NCBI GenBank assembly: GCA_951406725.2
Contig: OX597815.1
Coordinates: forward strand, 113,956,001-114,020,000
DNA from: Octopus vulgaris
Lineage: Eukaryota
Length of the DNA: 64,000 bases
Reading direction: 5' to 3'
Part shown: piece after piece, positions 55,749 to 64,000 of the stretch
How the letters are laid out: each line of letters starts with the position of its first letter
Position numbering within the stretch: position 1 is the stretch's first letter
Notes under the pieces: model-generated
Seen by the model: only the letters and a program-made list of their open reading frames with translations
Told to the model about the DNA's origin: nothing
Databases searched by the model: none
Translations under genes and position numbers: made by a program

Positions 55749-57665
55749 ATTACTACCTGCGTTCACATACATACACACAATAGCATTCATATCAGCTAGC
55801 TTCAGTTGCATAAGTCTATAGAAGTTTGAGGAGCTAATACTATTATTGCAAATATGGTTACCCTATTGTGTTGTCTTTAATATTGTGTAAAATCATAACT
55901 AGACCCGTTTATTTGATCTTAGTAGTTATTCTTCTGTGACTTTAATATATATTTTTCCTTACCAAATTAAAATTTTGTTTCTACTATCTTAAGCTTTTTT
56001 TTTCTTTCCACTAGTCCATATTTAGTTTTCCAGTGTTTCATGCTTAGTTAACTAAACCATTTGAAATTACATAACATGTCTTCAGTTCTTTCTTAATCAT
56101 AACCTCCTAAATTATGTTCTCATATTAATCTAGATTTTTTTTTAATAAATAAAAAAAAAAAACACCTCCCTGGCTGATTATGTTACCCTTCTCCTGAAGC
56201 ATGTGTTTCTTGTTTTATCTTTTTCAGCCCTCAGCTCACAGGTGGCTATACACCTAGCTCAGTTTATTCCACTGGTACTCAATATCGTAATCAACGCTAT
56301 CCTACATTTAGCAATCGCCTTGGACAATCTGGCCGAGAAGATATAGTTGATTGTATTAAGTTCGATGGCAGTCATGACAGCGGTTTCAGTTCTGCTAACA
56401 ACATGACTCAGGTAACACCTGGGCAACGGCCTCCCCAGTGTGAAAATGGAGAAGTGAAAACCCCAACCAATATTCACCCTTATGAATATGTTCAAGCAGA
56501 ATTTCAGAGGCAAATGACTCTTACACCAAATATTGAAGAGAACTACTGCAGTCCTGACAATTCACTGATATCACAGAGACCAAGAGGACCAGTTTCTAAA
56601 CCAGGCAATATTTTGCCTCAGTTGTTTTCTTCAAAGTATGGTAGCAGAAGAGAATCAGATAGCGATTACATTGAGGAAGTTCCTGAAAGTTCTTTGGACA
56701 TTCACAATAATTCAGTGGCTTCTGAGCCAGTGTACAGTCACCTTGGTACACATGCTGAGCTTCGGTGGGAAGATACGCAAATGGCAGAGCCATCTCCAAT
56801 AATTCGCAGTCCACAAAAGTCATATGATGATCTTGATAATCGACCAAACACTCCAAGTACAGAACATTCCTATAGTCCCCGTGTATATGAATACCAATCT
56901 CCCCCAGCACAAGAAGTGCAGGTCATACATATCACTGGGAATACAGGACCTGTTGATAAACCTGAAGTGGACCCAGTTATCGTAACTCCTCCCCCAAACA
57001 GCCGACTGGTAACCACAATAACAAAAATTAAACCCCAGATTGAAGTTTCTAAACCTTTTGAAACTTCAGATTTCTTTAAGTACAGTGAGAAACTACGGCG
57101 GGCTCGTATGCTGGACAGCTACCAACGGCAATTGATGGGTGTTACTTACCAAACAGAGCCTTCTATTGAATCTTTCTATAACAGATCTTGCACACCCGAG
57201 CACTCGAATCCTCCGTCTCCGGCCTTTTTTCCACGCATGATGCAACCAGCACCTTCTTCACCCTTTGTTAGTCAACATCATTCCCTACAACAACAACAAC
57301 AACAATCTACTCCTTCACATTTTCCTAGTTATTGGAGAGACTTTGAACAGCATTCTGGCAACTCTTCTCCTGTGAGCATGTTTGCTAGCAAGAGAGGAGA
57401 TATAAATAGTTCACAGACATCATCTTTCCACCAACAGCAGAGCAACAGCAGCAGCAGCAGCAGTAGCAGCAGCACATATGTGCAATATTCTTCACAATCT
57501 GTCTCCAGAACTGTATTCCGGTCTCATCAAATCCAGACAACACGACACGCTCACTACAAACCTCCACAGCCGATGACCTGTGAGCCTGTGGTGGTGCCTG
57601 ACCTCCAGTCTCCGAGCTCACACACACCAGTTAACCAAACTAACATGACCAATGTCTCCAGGTGA
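27446..57665 (+). CDS. Multi-exon gene for a CUPID/DUF3338 coiled-coil cytohesin-adaptor protein (FRMD4A/B, CCDC120, INAVA, Drosophila Stepping stone family). join(27446..27570,28043..28168,32115..32261,34281..34362,36382..36420,40149..40228,44287..44378,56228..57665); 5' end incomplete
   Basis: Eight GT-AG-bounded exons join in one open frame (internal intron phases 0,0,0,1,1,0,2). The translation LKKKNEEFKQLCIQEG-ELIGHLPKDTPMAPGEQPPTIRRRVRTAF...LELEYELQSKITSAANKLAHDPSVSKQVRKQRKQSY...KLKEME matches, from memory, the family pattern LC.xE.ELTG.LP.EYPL.PGE.PP.VRRR.GTAF...Q..I..AA.RLA.DP..SK...KQRK.SY. Confidence 0.88.
28043..28168 (+). CDS. Coding exon B: ELIGHLPKDTPMAPGEQPPTIRRRVRTAFSLSSKLVPKDGDN (CUPID core)
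   Basis: TTGTAG acceptor, AAT|GTAAGT donor, 126 nt; contains the PGE.PP.IRRR..TAF signature. Confidence 0.92.
28203..28262. repeat. Exact 28-bp tandem duplication
   Basis: TAACTAAAATTGACATGAGTTTGATGGA occurs twice. Confidence 0.95.
30657..30764. repeat. Exact 54-bp tandem duplication
   Basis: CTATGTCGCTCACATTCTGC...CTTACATAC occurs twice. Confidence 0.95.
30937..31060 (-). mobile_element. Short 3' end of an RTE-type LINE
   Basis: Minus-strand VISRDTGIQQQDLRNAMMDRKVWRN followed by an (ATG)n tail. Confidence 0.65.
31526..32029 (-). mobile_element. Non-autonomous Helitron (504 bp), apparently young
   Basis: On the minus strand: 5'-TC start, 3'-CTAG end, GC-rich subterminal hairpin (31538-31553), inserted between A and T; CpG-rich. 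Confidence 0.85.
32115..32261 (+). CDS. Coding exon C: MENELSCLELEYELQSKITSAANKLAHDPSVSKQVRKQRKQSYQKAETK
   Basis: TTACTTGCAG acceptor, AAG|GTGAGT donor, 147 nt; second coiled coil of the family. Confidence 0.92.
33748..34165 (-). mobile_element. SINE-like repeat family D with internal tandem subrepeat
   Basis: CATCATCAT tail at left; GGCTGGATGCCCTTCCTAACGCCAACCAC; ACGACT..GAT.TCACTTG..TTGACAGGTCT is duplicated. Confidence 0.7.
34281..34362 (+). CDS. Coding exon D: LKEMEKKLNEMRKKAGHSTLKVSPVYQ
   Basis: TTTCTTCTAG acceptor, AAG|GTAAGT donor, 82 nt; continues the coiled coil. Confidence 0.88.
36382..36420 (+). CDS. Coding microexon E (39 nt): DPSEDSLGPTTDS
   Basis: CATCCCTAG acceptor and GTG|GTCAGT donor; symmetric phase 1-1; open frame. 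Confidence 0.6.
40149..40228 (+). CDS. Coding exon F: EPEMISPVPSPVPHSKRDCSHVAFTNN
   Basis: TTTTATTTCAG acceptor, AAT|GTAAGT donor, 80 nt, phase 1 to 0. Confidence 0.8.
41330..42958 (+). mobile_element. Tc1 (DD34E) transposon relic with an IR/DR-type right end; left end not resolved
   Basis: Disrupted motifs: RPVQPRKT, WSNVL*LDKSKFNLFSSDG, KHGG*SVMVLGCM, QHGNNPKH, PDLNPIENLW, GYPTK. AGCGTTCTTAAATTAAA is repeated at 42363 and 42931. Confidence 0.85.
42399..42765 (+). mobile_element. Non-autonomous Helentron (HINE/DINE-1-like) nested in the Tc1 right end
   Basis: Starts ATTACCTCTGCC, has a GT/CTGT microsatellite, and ends GCCAGAGGT (subterminal IR) followed by hairpin GCGCTCTCTGAGTGC and TTGTT. 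Confidence 0.7.
43455..43588 (+). mobile_element. Well-preserved 3' end of family D
   Basis: AGGAAGGGCATCCAGCCGTAGAAAC...CCATGCCAGCATGGAAAGCGGACGCTAAACGATGATGATGAT. Confidence 0.75.
44287..44378 (+). CDS. Coding exon G: VDNPEIIPDEEVTSCLPPDSPSSHLSPSHS
   Basis: TTTCTTTTCACTCTAG acceptor, CAG|GTAAGT donor, 92 nt, phase 0 to 2. Confidence 0.82.
46121..46478 (+). mobile_element. tRNA-derived SINE, family B
   Basis: TGGCTGTGTGGTGAAGAAG head through TGACTGAAACAAGTAAAAGA tail. Confidence 0.8.
46663..46978 (+). mobile_element. 5'-truncated, well-preserved SINE family B copy
   Basis: CpG-retaining body GCCTCGGGCTGACCAAAGCCTTGTGAGTGGATTTGGTAGACGGAAACTGAAAGAAGCCCGTC through TGACTGAAACGAGTAAAAGAG. Confidence 0.85.
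47821..49035 (-). mobile_element. Near full-length degenerate Tc1 transposon (about 1.2 kb) with TA target duplication
   Basis: TIRs GACAAAATAATGGAAA and TTTCCATTATTTTTGTC, flanked by TA. Transposase N-terminus MTDLLNFQRDQIVGAHMAGAS...SGRKPKL (48853) through AKGGPTPY* (about 47873), with stops and frameshifts. Confidence 0.92.
49900..50830 (+). mobile_element. Highly degenerate RLE-type non-LTR retrotransposon 3' portion (R4/Dong-like)
   Basis: Ordered remnant motifs across frames: VSGCP, RHDKVG, LENDKVTIL, LSKYIDLEVEITRI, ALWTI, KIVLRGTT. Confidence 0.55.
52170..52570 (-). mobile_element. Degenerate RTE-like LINE 3' fragment
   Basis: Purine-rich minus strand with remnants NVSVNEQ...ELREK and RRLQWY..V; many disruptions. 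Confidence 0.4.
54176..54645 (-). mobile_element. 5'-truncated CR1/L2-group LINE 3' end
   Basis: ORF2 C-terminal pattern LPYSECLTSLGMDTLKLRHLAADLVDTHKII...NTRGHVYK, then a UTR and an (ATT)n tail. Confidence 0.8.
55702..55746. repeat. (CA)n microsatellite; representative of many TA/CA/GA tracts (e.g. 237-280, 12360-12398, 22341-22380, 24098-24220, 31420-31525, 37735-37774)
   Basis: Read directly from the sequence. Confidence 0.95.
56228..57665 (+). CDS. Large terminal coding exon H: Ser/Pro/Gln-rich disordered tail; includes the 420-aa ORF 56403..57665
   Basis: TCTTTTTCAG acceptor; phase-2 join gives S-PQLTGGY... in frame with ORF 56403; ends at TGA 57663-57665; higher GC than flanks. Confidence 0.9.
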
Positions 57666-60600
57666 GCCAAGGCTCCAGTTGCTATGGCAAATGTGCTTGG
57701 TCCTGGTCAGCTTGGGTTAAATTTCCCTTCCCTTGCCAGTATAATGGACAAACTTAATTTACTGACAACTGTGTGTTTGCATTTCCCCTTATTCCACGTT
57801 GTTTTGTCTTTGTTCCATCATACAGCCATTTTTTTTTACTATTCTTTATTTCATTCTTTTTTAAATATTCTATTTTTATTGTTTTTTTATCTATTTTTGT
57901 TACTCTTTTCCCTTCCCCTTTCATTTCACCATTTTTTTTTATTCTTCACTGTTTTTGTTTTAATTTATTTTCTTTCTGACTTAAAACTTAACAATTTTTC
58001 AAAATAAAGGGGAAATATATCATTTGACTGACTGTGCAATAACGATGTTGAATGGTGGACATGCAAGCTTTTGGCTTCTAAGAAACACTTGTCTGTCTGG
58101 AGTTCAAAGAATGCTATTTTGGCTGATGCCAGAAGATGATGAACATGAAATATCCTTAATATTAAAATGTTGATAAAATTATACTCTTGTATTCAGAATG
58201 TTTATATTCATTGAATCTGATCCTAAACACACAAACATGAACACACACACATTTCATTATGCTTTCTTCTTTCACTTGTCTATCAGCTGTATTAATTTGC
58301 AACCAACACAGCTTCCTTCATGTTGCTTTAGCTGACCAGTACTTATAATCAGTGCTACTTAGTTATGCCTTTTCATTTCATTCTTTTTTTCTTTTTTTTT
58401 TCCGCTTTTCAGATAACAGTAAATTTTTACTTACCTGCTTAGATGTAAGACTTCTCTGCTGATATGACAACATATTACGGACAGTGTCTATCTGCTTAAG
58501 CCAACTTAGCTCTAACTTTGTACATATTAAACAATATATAGAGTTTTATAACATTAGTTTTCATTTAATATCTGAATTTCATCAATCTATTTTCTAAAAT
58601 AATTCAAATTAATCTATTTTCCATTAAAAAGAAATAACTACAGTAATATAAATATTAACATTTCATTTCTCACCTGAATATAGCCATCAAATTAATTTAC
58701 ATTTGTTTCACAAAAAAGAGTTGTAAATTTTTTCATCTAACTTTGTAACACATCTTCTGGAGGCAGCCATACTAATGACAAAGCATGAAGCATATCGCTC
58801 AATAGTCTAAGTGTAGCATGTTGTAGTTGATATAGTTTGTTTTCAAATCATCCTCAGTATGTTTAGTTCATGTTTATATAATAGCTTAGAAAAAAATATT
58901 CACGTAAAAAAAAAAAACAAGCTATTTTGTTAATGATGGTCTTATAAATCTCTTGACCAATATTTCATCATGGAGTAAAATATTGCACCAAATTACCATC
59001 TCTTGGTTATTTGTGTTGCCAAAAACTAAAGATGTTCAGAGTGGTGGTCTCTGTTGGTGAAGTATTATGGTTAGAAACTGCAAAGCAACTGCTTTAATGT
59101 GCATTGTCTATCACCCCTCACCACTTGGCCCTTTGGGAACTTTTACTGGAGTCCATTCTGTTGCAAGCATTTAAACCAGGTCTCCTGTTGTAGAACTTCC
59201 AACTGGTATTGGAAATTTTGAAAAGGGTTACAAACACTGCCCTTTTTCACTTGACTATGACATTAAAAAACAAAAATAAATCACAGATTAATTAGTAATA
59301 GTATTCATATGCAAGATAGGATTATGAACTGTTAGAAATGTTGATTGATAGAATATATGCTTTAGAGTTTTAGTTTATACTGCTACATTCTGAATACAAA
59401 TACTGCTGGAGTTTTCAACTATTTTTTCAGCCTTATGAAAATTGATTTATATCTAGTCATAAGAAATGCACATAATGGTTAACTTAGTATATACAAGAAG
59501 TAAATTCTAAGTGAAATTAATTCAAATTCTTGTTTTGCAACCTAGTTTTAGTCACCTTATTTATGTTAATGTTGCCCTCATGACTGCTATAAACATACTG
59601 CATTATTTCATTTACCCTCTGTGTCTAGTCCTATATATATTAATGAAAACTCTGTCTGTAAAAAGCAGATTGTGAAGCAAGGAAACCGAATTGAGTTCTA
59701 ATTCATTTTTAGATCTTATAGATTTAAATAATGTTGTTACTGAGCAGTTATACTCATTATTTTCACTTTATTTTATGCAACTATTTATTATTTCTTTAAG
59801 AAAATTATGTGAGATCTCAGCTAAGCACTTTACTCAAACTTGGCATCTTGCACACAAAAGCTCCAATTGATTGTTCATGATATCTCATAATTTGAATTCA
59901 TGAAATGTAGGAAAAGATTTTTTTTAAATACAATCAGAGTAATGCTGACATATACCAATTAATCAATTAATTGGTAAAGGAACAGTTGGAATGTTAATTA
60001 AAATTTCTGTTCCTGTTAGTGAGCCTTATGAAAAGTCTCAACTCTTGGTACATTACTGTGATATGAAACCAAATTCTCTGGATTTGATACTTTTGATTTA
60101 AATATTACAATCAGGCATACAAATGGGAATATTTGAAATGAACTAAGGTAGGGAAAATGATACAATAAAATTACAAAACCTGCACTATCTTCAGTCCTTT
60201 GGTTGCCAGTTGGACTGCTCTGTTATAACACTAGCATGAACTCATCAGGTTATTTCATCCCACCCACACACATATGTCTCTCCCACCCTCTCTCTTTCTC
60301 TTTTATTTTCATTTTATGCATTTCATTCTGTTTCATATAAACAATTTATCATTTTATTTTTGTTTTGTCATTTTTTCTTTTTTTTTTTTTTTTTTTTGGT
60401 TAATGCGTGTTGCATTAGTTGCCAATGGCTGTGATAATCTTGCATGTTGCACTAGTTGATACTGACTGGTATTGTTGCATGTATGCATGTATGTTGAAAC
60501 ATAACCCCCCATTCCGTTAATCTTCTTTACTGCCATAGCTAAATAGACCTTGTGGTTTTAAGTATCAGGACCAATGACATTTGTTGTTGCATGGGACCTT

Positions 60601-61763
60601 TTTTCTGAAATTTTCTTTATAATTGTTATATTACATATGTGTTAATTTTTCTATTACTAATGTCTCTATTGCTGATGCATGCCGTCTCTTAATTTTTTAT
60701 GCAAATATTCAGTGAAATCCATACATTCCAGTTTTATTGAATCTTTCTCGATTCTTCTTGCTGTCTAAATATTTCAGCTTGTATTCCCCCTTTATTTCAT
60801 TTATCCTGTTACAGTAATGTTTTTCTAAAATTTTGGTAGAACTAATGTTACATTTCTTTTTGCAGAAAATGGCTTTGTATTTTAATTCCCTCTTAGATAA
60901 CCCACTTATTTCCTCGTTTTCACTTTAAGATAATTCTTAAAAATTACTAACACCATCTAGTCTGAATTTAGTTTACTAAGTCTATATAACTGTAGTAATG
61001 TCAGTTGACATTTTATTTTTGAAAAGTAAATATATTACAGTACTCTGGCTGTGAAATTTAAGTGCTAAACTACTAACTACATGATCTTAAGCTCAAATCT
61101 TAAATCTACAACTATCCAGTGTGTTGTCATCTTAGCAAGAAATATAATTTTGCTTACCTCAGTTTACCATGCCAACAAGCAAGTAATCCTTTTTATTTCG
61201 CAATTGAAGGATTAGCTGTGGAAAGGTCATCTGATTTTTGAAAAAATAAATGTTCCAACAATTATGCAAATGTATAAAGTTATGAAGAACTATCAATCCC
61301 TATCATAATGTACAAAAGAAAAGATATGTTTAAAAGCAAATATTGCATTGTTTTTTTTTTTTAAATTTCAGATGGAATAGTTACTTTTGACTGTTATTAT
61401 TGTTGTGTGTAAAACAACTGCAGCAATGGTTTGACTGTTATAAAGGCAAAAAAAAGGAGCTGTTACAACCTGTAAATAGATGGTAAATAAGAGGGACCTT
61501 TGTGGTCCCTAAACTTGCTAGGAGTGGCCAACAAATTTCCCTCATCATACCATTCCACCATAAAAAAAGAATGACACATTGGATAATGTAGTCATCTAGC
61601 ATGCACAATAATTGGAGAAAAGGCCAGAATGTCATGGCTGGAATGAACTTCAGCATTTCATGGTTGCTTGTATATACATTTTATTAATGAATTGAATTCA
61701 TAATGTAAACTTTAGGTTTAGAAGTTAATCCTTTTGTAGATAGATAAAGTTCCTTCCTGAGTA

Positions 61764-61971
61764 GGGGCTGGTTTCCGTGGTGCATATATTCCCCACTGAA
61801 TGGGATACCAGTCTGTTGCAGGATTACACATTTTTACTAGCTGAGTGGACTGGAGCATTGTAAAATGAAGATTTTTTGCTCAAGAACACAATACCTCACC
61901 TGGTTCAGAAATCAAAACCACAATCTTAGGATTGTGAGTCCAACACCCGAACCACTAAACCATGTACCTCC
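61764..61971 (-). mobile_element. tRNA-derived SINE related to family A
   Basis: Contains the reverse complement of the 4490 head and core (GAGTGGACTGGAGCA, TTGCTCAAGAACACAA, AACCACTAAACCA). Confidence 0.7.
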
Positions 61972-62799
61972 TCGTCGTTTTGTAGACCAGTGATCTGATG
62001 CTTAGCTTCATGTAAAAAAAGTAAAACAAATCTTCCTTTATATGGAATCTATCTGTGGTATGTTAAAACTCAACACTGTAGCTCAAACCTTTCTGTGAGA
62101 AACTCTCCTAGCCTATGACACTATTTGGATCTTTGGAGAGCTAAATGTCTTGGCCATATACAACACAATGCCATTGACAGTATATGAACAACCAACTCCT
62201 TAACTGATTGTCCAGTACCCTATAAATTTATCAGGTTGGCAGACTGTGGCAAATAGTGGTAGACACTATGCTTAGGGACAAAACCCAAATGGTTAAAATG
62301 AACTTTGAATTCTTGACTTTGGAATTAGTGGTCTAGTATTTTAACTTCACAGCTCTTGTGTTTTATAGATTTGGAGCCTTATTTTTTTACATAATCACTA
62401 TTATAAATAATACATAGGAAATAAAGTTTAAAGAAAACAAACAAAAAGCTGTAAAATGACTATTAAAATGTGAGCTATGTTAGTGTGCCATGAAGAAGGT
62501 AATTTAATATTTTAGATAATAAACCTCAGTGTTAGTCTTTTACTGAGCTGACATGCCAACAATAGCACATCTGTAATCTCCTTGAATTTCTAGTAATGAT
62601 GATAAAATGCAGAGCCTTCATTTTGATAACACAATTCAGTATTTAGCTGAAGGAACGGAAAAAGTGAAGTCTACTTCAGCTTAACAGCCATGTAAGAATA
62701 ATTGTTTTCTATTAAGAAATAAAACTACCTTTAAAACAGAGGATGTGTACGCACAGGTGTACACCTTTAATATGCAATTTATGAATAATAATAATCATC

Positions 62800-63020
62800 G
62801 TTTCCATTATAGGCACACAAGGCCTAAAATTTTAAAGGAGCAGGTGGTATAGTCAATTAAATCAACCCCAGTGCTCTACTGGTACTTATTTCACTGATCC
62901 CCAAAAGAAGAAAGACTAAGTTGACCTTGGCTGAATTTGAACTCAGAATGTAAACACAAACAAAATGTTGCTAAAGCATTTTGTCTCTGTTCTAATGAAT
63001 CTGCTAGCTTGTTGCCTTAA
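62800..63020 (-). mobile_element. SINE family C
   Basis: AACCCCAGTGCTCTACTGGTACTTATTT...GAATTTGAACTCAGAATG...CTGCTAGCTTGTTGCCTT, with an (AAT)n tail to the left. Confidence 0.75.
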
Positions 63021-64000
63021 TTATAATAGTAATAGTAAATGCAAAGCTATTTAAACATTAAGCAAAAGAGAAGCTAATCAAACTTACCTGTTGAGGAGGC
63101 TGTCTGGAGAAGAAATGAAGATGTTTATAGAAATTAAGAAATTATAATATCTTTACTTATTGGATCTGTCTGTCTATGGTTTTACAAATTTACATATTGA
63201 AAAAAAAAAAATTAAAAGAAAAGCTTCAGCAAAGAACATCTCTGGAATTTCTGGATTTACTTTTTTAAAAAATAAACCGTTACTTTCACCACACAAGAAA
63301 ACCCTGCCAAAAAACAATTGTATGCCAACATTCTTATTGCAAAAAGATACCATATTCAACTACTATAAATGAAATGAAAATAAAATGGGTTTCATTAAAA
63401 TATCATTTGCAGCATTGAATGTATTCCAAAAGTGAAATATAGAAGATATTTTTGGATCTGTAGAGTGCTTGGCATTAGGAAGGGCACCCAGCAGTAGAAA
63501 CCATGCCAAAGCAGACAGTAGAGCTTGATGCAGTCTTCTGACTTGTCAGCTTCTGTTAAATTGTCCAACCCATGCCAGCATGGAAAATGGATGTTAAATG
63601 ATAATATGGATAAATGGTAAAACAATAGCAAACTATAAAGGTCTAAGAAGAAGCAGTTGCTTTTTGATAGTTCTTTTGTCTTGGATATAGAAAAGACAAG
63701 ACTGACTGTTACCAAACTGGCTTGTTTGTTGTCTTCAGAATTGAACATGGAGAGCTGAATAGTATAGCAACCAGATGACAAGTGTGACCATTGATGCATA
63801 AACTAGAACAATGCAGTTAAGTCTGATCTATTTCCTTCCTGGTTAAGGATATCAGTGTCAACAAATATTTGAAAGGAGAACACAAATTTCCCAATATCAC
63901 TGATAACTCGTTAATTTCTTCAGTTTTGAGGAAATCAAGCTCTGTGGTATTTTCAGCAGATTTTGTTGAGAAAGGAAGAAAATCCAATAGATAAAATGAA

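Noticed and set aside
56403-57665. The 420-aa ORF as a stand-alone single-exon gene
   Set aside because: The frame stays open upstream to an acceptor at 56227 that joins exon G in phase, so it is the last coding exon.
60242-60260. Minus-strand GAAA..CTGATGA as another hammerhead
   Set aside because: There is no room for stems or an NUH site between the motifs; chance match.
547-63799. Most short ORFs in the six-frame track
   Set aside because: They translate microsatellites, SINEs or AT-rich intron sequence, often from non-ATG starts, with no splice or family support.

Overview
AT-rich, microsatellite- and SINE-dense eukaryotic genomic DNA. The repeat families resemble those of octopus/coleoid cephalopods; this is inference from memory, not a database result. 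The window holds one spliced + strand gene with 8 phase-consistent GT-AG coding exons from 27446 to 57665 (about 709 aa; first coding exon uncertain). It encodes a CUPID/DUF3338 cytohesin-binding coiled-coil scaffold of the FRMD4/CCDC120/INAVA/Stepping stone family with a long disordered tail, and I found no FERM exons. The introns and upstream region contain tRNA-derived SINEs, three Tc1/mariner relics, TTAA MITEs, Helitron and Helentron derivatives, and LINE fragments. The most notable signal is at 21396-22343: a near-identical 363-bp unit arranged in tandem and inverted copies inside a (TA)n tract. Each arm carries a minimal type I hammerhead ribozyme with a U3-A8 core variant, which fits a Penelope pLTR or retrozyme-like element. 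Other signals are a perfect 60-bp hairpin, a DSGFSS betaTrCP-type degron, and a candidate terminal intron that leaves the protein unchanged whether spliced or retained. Almost all short ORFs in the supplied track are spurious.
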